From contig JBEKBM010000027.1 of assembly GCA_050015395.1 (NCBI GenBank), forward strand, positions 1 through 42,464: DNA of 42,464 nucleotides, given 5' to 3'. Of this stretch, positions 1-9,646 are shown one piece after another; position 1 is the stretch's first letter, and each line of letters begins with the position of its first letter. The notes beneath the pieces were generated by a model. That model worked only from the letters and a program-made list of their open reading frames with translations. It did not search any database and was not told the origin of the DNA. The position numbers and the translations under genes are program-made. This stretch comes from Candidatus Bathyarchaeia archaeon (lineage in GTDB: Archaea; Thermoproteota; Bathyarchaeia; Bathyarchaeales; Bathycorpusculaceae).

Positions 1-488
1 TAACTATTCAGGGAACAGTTACTGACCAAAGTCCTGGAGCTATCGGCACCCCAGCAATCGCTGATCAATACATGAGTACATGGATGGCTTACCTTTACGA
101 GCAGCAGGCACTTCCAAGCAACTTCCCATGTGATAAAGCAGGCGTTCAGGTTACCTTTACCGCGTTCGATCCAAACCACAACACCATCACTATTGGCAGC
201 GCAATAAGCGACAGCAACGGACACTACGCCTTAGAGTGGACGCCTCCATCTGGGACTCCAGGACTATACACTATCACTGCTACATTTAACGGCACAGACT
301 CTTATTACGGCTCAGTTGCACAAACCTCAATAAGCACAGCACCAGCAGCAACAGCAACCCCAGCACCTACAGCTACCCCAACATCAATCGCTAACATGTA
401 CTTTGTCCCAGCAATTGCAGGCTTAGCCGTCTTAATCATCGTAGTAGCTATCGTACTAGTTCTTCTGATGCTTAGGAAACGACCGTAA
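1..488 (+). CDS. 3' end of a secreted/surface protein (PQQ-like beta-propeller family tail) with Thr/Pro linker and C-terminal membrane anchor; 5'-truncated by window edge
   Basis: Frame open from base 3 (TIQGTVTDQSPG...PAIAD..MS.WM.YLY.QQ); ATATPAPTATPT linker, hydrophobic helix, basic tail LRKRP; followed by T-tract. Confidence 0.75.
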   Translation, partial: TIQGTVTDQSPGAIGTPAIADQYMSTWMAYLYEQQALPSNFPCDKAGVQVTFTAFDPNHNTITIGSAISDSNGHYALEWTPPSGTPGLYTITATFNGTDSYYGSVAQTSISTAPAATATPAPTATPTSIANMYFVPAIAGLAVLIIVVAIVLVLLMLRKRP

Positions 489-508
489 AAATGCCGAACA
501 AAAACAAT

Positions 509-524
509 TTCCCCCTCTTTTTTT
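509..524 (+). terminator. Pyrimidine/T-tract archaeal terminator
   Basis: ttccccctcttttttt about 20 nt after the stop codon. Confidence 0.55.
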
Positions 525-713
525 AGTAAAGTATTGAGGAAAAAATTGATCTTTAAAAATTAGCGTCATCAGCTATTTTTTCGCCACAGTTAGAACAGTT
601 AGCCAAACTCATTCACCATAAATATCCATGTTGTATTGCAAATTTAAGCCTTTACTGATTTATGCAATTAGATAAAAAAAGAGGTATACGAAAAAAGTTA
701 GGTAAGAAGGACT

Positions 714-2072
714 TTAATGGAGTTTTTGTTTTGCTTCTTCAATAAGTTTTATCGTCTGTAATCGCCATGGCTCAAAGTTCTGCGTTGTTGTGGGGTACGT
801 GTTGTAGTGTGCACCAACCTGCCTCATCATCGTAACCGTCAAACGCAACTTTTTGAGAAATCCTACCCGTCGAATACCTCTGAAAACCCGTTTAGCAGTT
901 TCCGTAATGTTTAGGTGGAAGTCATCGCCCATACCTGCTTTTAGCACGTCATCTTCGGTCATGAGTTTCTCGTTCATGCCGTAGTTTAGGTCTTCATCGC
1001 TGCAGGATAAGAGGAACATGCGAAACACGTCCAAGCTTGCTTGTTTTTTGCCGTAAGTTTCAATGTACTTCTTATTATAACTCCACAACGCTTCTTTGGT
1101 AGGTTCGCCCTTAGCTAAGGCTTCAACGATTGTTTGCCCAGCAAAGTACCCGCTGAGCATTGATGGTCCGATGCCTCCGCCGTGAATCGGATTAACCAGC
1201 GAAGCAGCATCACCCACAAGCACGATGCCGTTGGCAACCATGTTATCCAGTGGTCTTCTTGTCGGGTCAAACCATGCACCCCCATTCAAAACAAGCGACC
1301 CCTCAAACGCCGGTTTCGCAAATGTGTTATCGTATAGCTGCTTTTTGGGACTAGGGTATTTGCCGCGCATGCATATGCCTAAGCCAACGTTAACTCTGAC
1401 GCCGCCTTTGGGAAAAATCCACACGTAACCGCCCGGAGCAACTTTCTGGTTGAGGTAAATTTCGCAAAACCGGGTGTTCTCGGTTTCCTGTTTTAGCTGA
1501 CGGATTTCGCGGTAACAAGCTTCAACATCCTCATTTTCTATTTCTTGGTCTATGCCCATTTCATCTGGAAGCTGATGTCTAACAACACCAAAGAAACCGC
1601 TGGCGTCAACAACAACTTTGCTTCTCAACTGCACAGTTTGACCAGTTTTCATGTTTTTAGCTGCTATACCAACCACTGCGCCCTTCTCAATTATGGGTGA
1701 ACGGAAATTCATGTTATCCTCAAGGATAGCGCCTCTGTCAGTTGCCTTTTTCAGTAGCCATTGCCCAAAAAGACGCCTGTTAAGCAAATACCCGACAAAG
1801 TCCTTATCCGCTATAGTGAAAACCGTGTTCTCGTCAGGGGAATAAATTTTGATACCGTCAATCCGAGTCTCCAATTCGCCGCCAGTTGGCTTCTCCAGCC
1901 CCAAAAACTTTAGGTGATGTTCTCCGAGAGCGTCGCCGCAGATTTTTTCTCCAATCTGCTCGCGCTTTTTCTTTTCAATTATGCAAACTTTTAAGCCTGA
2001 TTCAACCATGGTTTTTGCGGCTAAGCAGCCTGCTGTTCCTGCGCCAACAACTATGGCGTCATATTTTTCCAA
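714..2072 (-). CDS. Geranylgeranyl reductase family FAD oxidoreductase (digeranylgeranylglycerophospholipid reductase-like)
   Basis: GAGTAG dinucleotide motif, KICGD, DASG, PGGYVWIFPKG, GDAA..VNP..GGGI motifs. Confidence 0.9.
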   Translation of the reverse strand: MEKYDAIVVGAGTAGCLAAKTMVESGLKVCIIEKKKREQIGEKICGDALGEHHLKFLGLEKPTGGELETRIDGIKIYSPDENTVFTIADKDFVGYLLNRRLFGQWLLKKATDRGAILEDNMNFRSPIIEKGAVVGIAAKNMKTGQTVQLRSKVVVDASGFFGVVRHQLPDEMGIDQEIENEDVEACYREIRQLKQETENTRFCEIYLNQKVAPGGYVWIFPKGGVRVNVGLGICMRGKYPSPKKQLYDNTFAKPAFEGSLVLNGGAWFDPTRRPLDNMVANGIVLVGDAASLVNPIHGGGIGPSMLSGYFAGQTIVEALAKGEPTKEALWSYNKKYIETYGKKQASLDVFRMFLLSCSDEDLNYGMNEKLMTEDDVLKAGMGDDFHLNITETAKRVFRGIRRVGFLKKLRLTVTMMRQVGAHYNTYPTTTQNFEPWRLQTIKLIEEAKQKLH

Positions 2073-2148
2073 GAATTCTCTCCTCCAAGACCTGTCTTGA
2101 TATACTTTGTATACTTTGTTGTATTTGTAAACCCTTATAAATTATGAA

Positions 2149-2619
2149 GTGAGCCAAACTACACCGAGTGTAATCTCAATGAGTGCCCCTTTAACTTTAA
2201 GCGCTGAATTCCGAAAAATCGTGGAAACACGCATGAACCAAGTCTTAAAGGGCGTAGAGGAAACGTTCAACCAAATAATAGAAACCCAAAAGATAACGCC
2301 CACCGAACTCAAGGATGAACTTGATAGTCTGCAAGAAAGCTTCAACCTCTTATTCCAGAAATGGAGCCTTGAAATACTCTATACGCTACTGCTTAAAGAC
2401 GCCATCGGTTTTGGCGGTATAAAAAAAATCTTAACCGTCAATTCCCGCACGCTCTCAGATAAGTTGAAGATGCTTCAGAAGCATGGCTATATAACAAGAA
2501 ATGTTACTGCTGGCCCGCCACTGCGAGTGCAGTATTCTCTAACTGCTAAGGGAAAAAACACTGTACTTCTCGCTTTGCCGCTTCTGTACTATTCAAGCTC
2601 ATCGGAAGTTAAGGCTTAA
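2149..2619 (+). CDS. HxlR-family winged-helix regulator with N-terminal extension
   Basis: KWSLEIL...F..I...NSRTLSDKLK.L...G.I.R....PP.RVQYSLT.KG signature; divergent from the reductase. Confidence 0.85.
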   Translation: MSQTTPSVISMSAPLTLSAEFRKIVETRMNQVLKGVEETFNQIIETQKITPTELKDELDSLQESFNLLFQKWSLEILYTLLLKDAIGFGGIKKILTVNSRTLSDKLKMLQKHGYITRNVTAGPPLRVQYSLTAKGKNTVLLALPLLYYSSSSEVKA

Positions 2620-3123
2620 CTGGTTCTTCTCATTTCGCTTTAATGGTCGGGGCAGGCTTGTTGTTTCTTTCACAGTTTCAAAAACCATGCACGTCAGCGT
2701 CTTCTCTAACCCCTTAATCAATCGCAGCTTGTCAACTACAAATTTTCCGACTGCATCCACGTTTTCAGCACGAAGTTTCACTAGCAGATCCCAATCGCCA
2801 GTAATAATGTGGACTTCCTGCACTTCAGGAAACCGAGCTATCTCCTCAGCAACGGCTCTCTGAGAAACTGGGGCATCATCGGTTTTTGCCCTGTATGAAA
2901 CGGAGGCTAAGATGAAGGCGGCTGTGCCTAAATTCAGCTTTTCAGGAGACAGAATTGCCCTGTACTGTTTTATTATGCCTATTTCCTCCAAGCGTTTTGT
3001 TTTTGCGAAAACAGTGGTTATTGGCGAATTGATTTTTTTGGCGATTTGCTTGGCTGTGAGTTTACTGTTCTCTTGGATTAAAACTAAGATGGCTAGGTCT
3101 TTTTCGTCGAGTTTTATGCTCAT
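2599..3123 (-). CDS. Lrp/AsnC family transcriptional regulator
   Basis: LDEKDLAIL..IQENS HTH; PEVQEVHIITGDWDLLVK RAM domain; divergent from asnA. Confidence 0.92.
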   Translation of the reverse strand: MSIKLDEKDLAILVLIQENSKLTAKQIAKKINSPITTVFAKTKRLEEIGIIKQYRAILSPEKLNLGTAAFILASVSYRAKTDDAPVSQRAVAEEIARFPEVQEVHIITGDWDLLVKLRAENVDAVGKFVVDKLRLIKGLEKTLTCMVFETVKETTSLPRPLKRNEKNQLSLNFR

Positions 3124-3228
3124 ATGTAATTATTACATGTTATAGGTATAAAAGCTTGTGTTTTTTGTAATTTATCTATGTTTTATTATAAAAAACTTAT
3201 TATCTGCTTTGCACAGTGTAATTTCCAA
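3124..3228. promoter_or_regulatory. Divergent lrp/asnA promoter with palindromic candidate Lrp operator
   Basis: atgtaat-t-attacat palindrome at 3124-3138, further TGTAAT half-sites near 3166 and 3217, TATA-like elements. Confidence 0.5.
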
Positions 3229-3251
3229 TAAGCTAACTGAAGTGACTGCAC

Positions 3252-4229
3252 TTGAAAGGTAAACAAGAAACTATTCAAATGGAAATTCCAAAACCATTAG
3301 ACCAACTTTCACCAAGCGAATTAGAAAGGAAAGCCTGTATAGGCAAAATAATGACTTATACGCTAAAAAGCCTCACATCCACATTCGTAGACCAAGGCTT
3401 CCAGTGGCTGCTTCCAGTAGCCCTAAGCCAATGCACCGACCCACTCTGGCCAGACCCAGGCGCATCCATAGAGAAAAGAATAGAAGTTGACATCTACGGT
3501 AAACCTGTACACGCAACAGCAAGCATGATCATCCATAAACTCGTCGCCTCATCAACGGCTTACCCGAAGCTGTTCATTCTTTCCCCAAACATACGTATCG
3601 AGAAAGCGGAACGCGCCCAAACAGGCAAACACACCTACGAGTTCACACAACTTGACTTTGAAGCCAGAGACGCCACCTCAAAGGAAATCATGACATTAAT
3701 AGAAGATGCTCTTTGCACGCTAGTAAAAGATTTAAAACGTGAAATGAAAAGCGAATTAACTACGCTGTGCCGCTGTGACAATCTGAAGGCACCAAAGGCA
3801 CCATTCAAAATTTACGACCGCGTTGAACTAGAAGCAAGATACGGCGCGGACGGTTGGGAAGCAGGCATATCCAAAGACATAACAGAACCCGTTTGGGTGA
3901 TGAACATCCCCAGAGAATTCTACGATTATGAAGACTTCAAAACAGGCAAATGGGACAACTTCGACTTATTCCTGCCACAGTTCGGCGAAGTGCTGTCAGG
4001 TGCCAAACGTGAATGGGAATACTCAAAAATCTCGAAGAAGATCGAGCGTGACCAAGTTAAAAAAGAAAACTATGCGCTGATACTAACAATGGCTAAAGAA
4101 GGCCGACTGAAACCCACTGCTGGCGGAGGCATAGGCATGGAACGCTTAGTAGGCTGGATTGCAGGCGTCAAACACGTTGGTGAATGTCAACCGTTTCCAA
4201 GAATCCCCGGAACTGTAAATGAACTTTAA
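3252..4229 (+). CDS. asnA: Archaeal asparagine synthetase A (AsnRS-like catalytic domain without anticodon-binding domain)
   Basis: TDPLWPDP, SMIIHK, SPNIRIE, H..EFTQLDFE, GEVLSGA.RE, GGGIG.ERL class II aaRS-like motifs; 325 aa; TTG start. Confidence 0.9.
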   Translation: MKGKQETIQMEIPKPLDQLSPSELERKACIGKIMTYTLKSLTSTFVDQGFQWLLPVALSQCTDPLWPDPGASIEKRIEVDIYGKPVHATASMIIHKLVASSTAYPKLFILSPNIRIEKAERAQTGKHTYEFTQLDFEARDATSKEIMTLIEDALCTLVKDLKREMKSELTTLCRCDNLKAPKAPFKIYDRVELEARYGADGWEAGISKDITEPVWVMNIPREFYDYEDFKTGKWDNFDLFLPQFGEVLSGAKREWEYSKISKKIERDQVKKENYALILTMAKEGRLKPTAGGGIGMERLVGWIAGVKHVGECQPFPRIPGTVNEL

Positions 4230-4363
4230 TACTGTGTAAAGAAATGTACTGGCAATTATTACAATCCTCAACTTTCTTTGTCTTGCACAAAGTTTATCAT
4301 TTACCTATGCAACTGACTGAAAGGAACCGATTAAATCTCTAAAAACGATTGAAGTGAAAAGAA

Positions 4364-6268
4364 ATGGCTATAATGAATCCATACCTTGAGGCTCTACAGC
4401 CCAAACTTAGCGCGTCTGATTTCAAGAAACTAAGTGCTATAGATAATCCTAACGTCCATGAGTTTATAGCGAAAGAAAGCGACCTCTGTCAACCTAAAGA
4501 AATTTTCATTTGCAGTGATTCAGCTGAAGATATCGCACGTGTTCGGAAACAGGCAATCGCTTCAGGTGAAGAACAAGCAATCTTAAGCTTACCAGGACAC
4601 ACTGTCCATTTTGACGGCGAATATGACCAAGGACGAGACCGTCAAGCTACCAAGTACCTTGTACCCAAAGGAGTTTTCCTAAGCAAAGCCCTCAACCAAA
4701 TGGACCGTCAAGAAGGGTTAGCTGAGGTTAGAGGTTTACTTCGGGATTCCATGCAAGGAAAAACAATGATTGTCCGATTCATCTCGCTGGGTCCACAAGA
4801 TTCAATCTTTACTATTCTGGGGTTGCAATGCACAGACTCATGGTATGTCGCACATTCAGAAGACCTGCTTTACCGCTCTGGGTATGAGCAATTTGTAAAG
4901 GCAGGGCCAAAAAGTGACTTCCTACGTGTTCTACACTCTGCAGGAAAATTAAACGGGGACATGGTCAGCGTAGAATACAATAAAAAATGCGTCTACATCG
5001 ACCACATGGACAGCACCATCTACAGCGTTAACACTCAATATGCTGGAAACTCTGTCGGCTTCAAAAAACTCGCCTTCCGCTTGGCTATCCGTAAAGCAAG
5101 CAGCGAAGGGTGGCTAGCGGAACACATGCTGCTTATGGCCGTGTTTGGTCCTGGTGGACGTAAAACCTATTTTGCTGGAGCTTTCCCAAGCGCTTGCGGG
5201 AAAACTTCAACAGCTATGCTCCCGGGAGAAACAATTCTTGGCGATGACATAGCTTACATCCGAGACATGGACTCTGCTGCCTGTGCAGTTAACGTTGAAT
5301 CAGGCATATTTGGCATAATACAAGACGTTAACCCCAAGGACGACGCGTTAATTTACAAGCTTCTAACTAGCCCAGGCGAAATCATCTTCTCTAATGTGCT
5401 GGTTAAGGACGGCAAACCATACTGGCTTGGCATGGGACAAGAGCTTCCCAAAGAAGGCTTAAACTATACTGGAGCATGGTATGAAGGCAAAAAAGACGAG
5501 AACGGCAACGAGATTCCGCCTGCCAACAAGAACGCTCGTTACACACTAGCACTCAAAACATTGGAAAACTGTGACCCTCAACTTCACAATCCCATGGGTG
5601 TTGAATTAGGCGGCATAATGTACGGTGGACGCGATGCTAAGGCTTACGTGCCTGTTCAGCAAAGCTTCAACTGGGAACACGGCATCGTCGCTTACGGCGC
5701 ATCACTTGAGTCTGAAACCACATTTGCTACCGTCGGTCAAGAAGGCGTTCCAGAAATTAACATGATGAGCATCCAAGACTTCATCTCAATCCCACTCGGC
5801 AAAAACGTTCACAACAACTTGCATTTCGGACGGAAACTCAAAAAGCAACCCGTCATCTTCGGAGTTAACTATTTCTTAAAGGAAGTAGGCAACGGCAAAT
5901 ATCTAAACAGTCCACAGGATAAGCATGTTTGGTTAAAATGGATGGAACTGAGAGTACATAACGAAGTTGACGCTTTGAAATCTCCAACAGGGTACATTCC
6001 AAAATATGAGGACTTACGCAGGCTATTCAAACAAGTATTAGGCAAAAGCTATGCTAAAGACGATTACATTAAACAATTCACAATTCGGCTTCCAGAAAAC
6101 TTGGCGAAGATTGAACGGGTACAACGGTTCTACCAGGAAAACGTCACTGACACGCCGCTAGAATTATTCGGTGTATTATATCTGCAACGTCAACGGCTGC
6201 TTGAAGCTAAAGAAAAATACGGTGACTACATCTCACCCGAAAATTTCGAAAAAGAAAAAGCAGACTGA
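4364..6268 (+). CDS. pckG: Phosphoenolpyruvate carboxykinase (GTP)
   Basis: YAGNSVGFKK, WLAEHM, GAFPSACGKTS, GDDIAY, N.E.GIFG, NARY, GGR motifs. Confidence 0.95.
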   Translation: MAIMNPYLEALQPKLSASDFKKLSAIDNPNVHEFIAKESDLCQPKEIFICSDSAEDIARVRKQAIASGEEQAILSLPGHTVHFDGEYDQGRDRQATKYLVPKGVFLSKALNQMDRQEGLAEVRGLLRDSMQGKTMIVRFISLGPQDSIFTILGLQCTDSWYVAHSEDLLYRSGYEQFVKAGPKSDFLRVLHSAGKLNGDMVSVEYNKKCVYIDHMDSTIYSVNTQYAGNSVGFKKLAFRLAIRKASSEGWLAEHMLLMAVFGPGGRKTYFAGAFPSACGKTSTAMLPGETILGDDIAYIRDMDSAACAVNVESGIFGIIQDVNPKDDALIYKLLTSPGEIIFSNVLVKDGKPYWLGMGQELPKEGLNYTGAWYEGKKDENGNEIPPANKNARYTLALKTLENCDPQLHNPMGVELGGIMYGGRDAKAYVPVQQSFNWEHGIVAYGASLESETTFATVGQEGVPEINMMSIQDFISIPLGKNVHNNLHFGRKLKKQPVIFGVNYFLKEVGNGKYLNSPQDKHVWLKWMELRVHNEVDALKSPTGYIPKYEDLRRLFKQVLGKSYAKDDYIKQFTIRLPENLAKIERVQRFYQENVTDTPLELFGVLYLQRQRLLEAKEKYGDYISPENFEKEKAD

Positions 6269-6417
6269 GGCATCCAAAATTGAAAACGCTAACAATATTT
6301 CACCCCTTTCTTTGCGTCAAATTTTTAAATGGATCCTACTTACTGACTACTAATTCATAATCGTTAATTAAATAAAGCAGTCAAATGGAAATTTAAAGAA
6401 AACAAAGGTGAAGAGGA

Positions 6418-6660
6418 ATGATGATGAAAAAGCCACAAAAGAAAGATGATTCAGAATACAACATAAATCTAGTTAGTATTGACGGCGACGGCTCTTTTCC
6501 ATGCCCCAAATGCGGAATGACAATCTCACCAGAAGACGAGACAGAGAAAAGCTACAAAATCTTAGAAACTAAAGTTATCAACCAAGAACTTGCTGAATTA
6601 GTCATCGCATGTGGCAAATGCAGAAGCACAATAAAACTTACAGGCTTTCAAGGGCTTTGA
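6418..6660 (+). CDS. Small zinc-ribbon protein
   Basis: CPKCG and CGKC pairs, 80 aa, SD-like ggtgaagagg upstream. Confidence 0.75.
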   Translation: MMMKKPQKKDDSEYNINLVSIDGDGSFPCPKCGMTISPEDETEKSYKILETKVINQELAELVIACGKCRSTIKLTGFQGL

Positions 6661-6874
6661 CGCTTAGCTTGGCAAAAAGTTAACTAATTTTCATTTTGCC
6701 AAAGAAGCTTAGACGTAAATAGCCAAGATGACAAAGAAAAAAATAAAATTTCCGTCCATGGCTTCTTAAATTTTAATGAAGCGTTTGCTAGGCGAGCTAG
6801 TTTGCCATAACGAGTTTGGTTTTTGGGCAAATAGTTTATTTTCTCTTTCACCCTTACTGAATTGTTGGATTTGT

Positions 6875-7489
6875 ATGCTTATTGAGACGTTCACGGTTGG
6901 CATGTTATCAACAAACTGCTATGTCGTTAACTCGCAGCAAACGAGAGACGCAATCATAATCGATCCGGGATTGGACTTTTCTTCTGAAGCCCAACAAATT
7001 CTCGATTACATGACACAAGGCGCATTAAAAGTTAAGTTAATCGTGAACACTCATGGGCACTCTGACCACATAAGCGGCGATGCGATTTTCCAAGAAAAGT
7101 ACAATGTTCCCATTTGCATTCACAAGTATGATGCTTATTCTATTGAAGGGTTTAACAAAGGCAAGTTTCCAGCAAATGTCCTTTTGGAGGATGGGAGCTT
7201 AATCGAGTTTGGTGATGAATCTCTGAAGGTTATGCATACTCCTGGGCACACGCCTGGCAGCATCTGCCTTCTAGGCGAGCGGCTAGTTTTCACTGGCGAC
7301 ACATTGTTCGCTGGAGGGATCGGCAGAACAGATTTTCCAGAAGGCTCAGTCAGTGACATGAGGCTTTCTTTGCAAAAGCTTGTGCGTTTGCCTGATAATT
7401 TTTTAATTTACCCTGGGCATGGAGCCACATCTACAATGGGTGAAGAAAAAAGGGTTAATCCCTTTTTAAACAATAAAGACAGCTTTTAA
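6875..7489 (+). CDS. MBL-fold metallo-hydrolase (glyoxalase II-like)
   Basis: THGHSDH, HTPGHTPG, FTGDTLF, PGHG motifs; likely start ATG 6875 (MLIETF) rather than 6776. Confidence 0.9.
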   Translation: MLIETFTVGMLSTNCYVVNSQQTRDAIIIDPGLDFSSEAQQILDYMTQGALKVKLIVNTHGHSDHISGDAIFQEKYNVPICIHKYDAYSIEGFNKGKFPANVLLEDGSLIEFGDESLKVMHTPGHTPGSICLLGERLVFTGDTLFAGGIGRTDFPEGSVSDMRLSLQKLVRLPDNFLIYPGHGATSTMGEEKRVNPFLNNKDSF

Positions 7490-7509
7490 TTGAGCTTTGT
7501 TTTGCTGGT

Positions 7510-8475
7510 TTAGCTTATTTCTTGCAGTGCACGCAGACGCTTGATAATGTTTGGGTGAGTCGAGAAGATTTCAGTGAAGTTGTCCTTGTGTGTCGGCTTC
7601 TCTGCGAGTGTTTGTTTTAGTAGCTCTTTTTTGTCTGCTATTTGGTTTGCGTGTATTTCTGCTGAGTCAGCGTTTGCTCTGTCAGGGTCAGCGATGAATA
7701 ATGCTTTAAAGGCAGTGGTATTTTTTTGTTGTTGTCTGTTTTGTTTGCTGCTTCGTTGGCTTTCTTCAACTATTGTTACTAAGCCTGTTGAGAGCTTTTC
7801 TGCGCCGTTATCAACCACTGAAACGCTGTGTCTATCAGCATAGTACTCACGGAGTCTGCTTAGGTAAAGTGTGAATAAGGTTAGTACCCACGAGAAAGCC
7901 ATAAAGCCTAAGCCTAATAATGCGTTGCTGCCTCCTTTTTTGGCTCCTCCTCCGAAAATGCCTGAAAGCATAAAGGTGTAACCAATGAAGTAGAATAATG
8001 ATGGTAGGAAAGAAACTACCATCATGGCCTGCACGTCATGGTGCTTTAAATGGCCAAGTTCATGTCCAATGACAGCTTCAACTTCACCGTCATCAAGAGA
8101 CTTCAAAAGCCCCGAAGTTACGGCGACGCGGTTACCTGATAGAGGCGAGCCGTAAGCGAACGCGTTTGGAAGTGGAATCTGTGCTAACATAAGTTTTGGT
8201 GTTGATATTCCGCTTTTCCTGCTCAGGTTTTCAACTGTCTGGTGTAGTCCTGGGTTTTCGGCTTGTTTAAGTTCTCTAACTTTGTATATTGCGCCTATAA
8301 GGTATGGTCCCAATAACCATTGACCTATGTTCATGGCTACTACAAGTATCCCTATGGTTACTAGGGAAAGGCCTATTCCAGCTAAGGTTAGGACGACTGC
8401 GAATACGAGTGTGGATAAACCGAAGATTACGGCTAAAGTTGCAGCCATAGAAAGCCTAAGTTTCCAAGCGTTCAT
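7510..8475 (-). CDS. htpX: Zinc metalloprotease HtpX (M48)
   Basis: PNAFA, HELGH, SR.REYYAD, FSTHP motifs and TM helices; likely start ATG 8475. Confidence 0.92.
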   Translation of the reverse strand: MNAWKLRLSMAATLAVIFGLSTLVFAVVLTLAGIGLSLVTIGILVVAMNIGQWLLGPYLIGAIYKVRELKQAENPGLHQTVENLSRKSGISTPKLMLAQIPLPNAFAYGSPLSGNRVAVTSGLLKSLDDGEVEAVIGHELGHLKHHDVQAMMVVSFLPSLFYFIGYTFMLSGIFGGGAKKGGSNALLGLGFMAFSWVLTLFTLYLSRLREYYADRHSVSVVDNGAEKLSTGLVTIVEESQRSSKQNRQQQKNTTAFKALFIADPDRANADSAEIHANQIADKKELLKQTLAEKPTHKDNFTEIFSTHPNIIKRLRALQEIS

Positions 8476-8563
8476 GCATCGGTCACTTTCAATACCCACT
8501 GTCTTTCTATGGACACTTATAACTTTTATGCGCTAATTGAAAGAACAAATCCTTGAATATGAC

Positions 8564-9010
8564 TCATTCTGCACTAGCAACCAAGATAAGCCTGCTTGAA
8601 TTACGGCTAAAACTTTGCCCATTATAATCACCATAAACCCCCTTAACCATAAAGTCAGCTTTCTCCAACAACACTTGCAAACGCTTCAATTCATACAAAC
8701 GGGCAATATGCCTAAAAACTCTAATTTGTCCCCGTGCCTTATCATAAACCACCCACAAATCACACAGCCTCTCGCCACCTGCGTTTACCGTTCGTTTTTG
8801 GAGCAGGAAAAAGCTCGGATATTCTCTCTACTTGAAAAACCGAAAAAGCACTCGCTTAGCCAAACGATTGTTAAACTTCAATAAAATCGGTAAAAAGACC
8901 CATTTAAACTCTGTACGCCGATTTGCGTTGTACTTTAGCATTAAACATTCACGGTTGAAAACATCAACGATTAATACGCCGCCTTGACTGAGTGCTTCTC
9001 GCAGTTCCCT
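8564..9010 (-). pseudogene. C-terminal half of a class I SAM methyltransferase, with an in-frame TAG at 8828-8830
   Basis: Reads RELREALSQGGVLIVDVFN...FFK*REYP...RLYELKRLQVLLEKADF.V..VYGDY....F...S.RLILVA, a typical Methyltransf_25-type C-terminus. Confidence 0.8.
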
Positions 9011-9012
9011 TT

Positions 9013-9563
9013 AAGGGGGAGAAACGTTCTCCCCTAACACCCCTTCTAACTGGTTCGATTCATACCCCTATCTGATGATAGGAGGAATCTCACAAGGGGA
9101 AGAATCCCCTTCCCAACCCCCTCAACCATTAATGACATTGCATATAAAAACAGACCAAAAAAGAAGTAAAAGAACATACTTTTTTCTTTAGAGAAAAAAG
9201 GTATCAAAAAAGAACTTAGAGAAAAGAGGAAAAGAAGTAAATAGGGAATTATAATTTCAAAAGTCTAAAAACAGGCACAAACTCCAATTAACGCTAATCT
9301 AACATTAATCGCAAAACTCATATTAACGAACCACTTTCATTAGAGAAAATAACAAACTTTGGGCATTGTCCTAATTTAGATGAGTTAATTCTTGCAGCCA
9401 AGAAATCGCGCTTAAACTATATTTTGTGGTAGATTTTCAATAATTCATGGTTTATTCGCTATACACAATCAAAAAAAGGTCACAGGAAAAATAGAAATGT
9501 GTTAACCAATCTAAAGTGGGACAGTGCCAAACTTTTCTTAAAAGAAAAGATAACCAAAAGAAC
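9013..9563. repeat. Cluster of five short palindromes forming two repeated motif types
   Basis: ggggagaa-acg-ttctcccc (9016-9034), cctatc-tgat-gatagg (9067-9082), aagggga-agaa-tcccctt (9094-9111), cttttttct-ttag-agaaaaaag (9179-9200), cttttctt-aa-aagaaaag (9532-9549). Confidence 0.7.
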
Positions 9564-9646
9564 AGCCAAGACACATTAAAATTACCAAAAATATTTTTAC
9601 TACATAACCCAAATTAAGTATAAGACATTCACAGGTGGACTGAGCA

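Noticed and set aside
8828-8830. In-frame TAG as pyrrolysine recoding
   Set aside because: The gene is already broken by an insertion, the codon is most simply TGG to TAG, and no pyl genes are in the window
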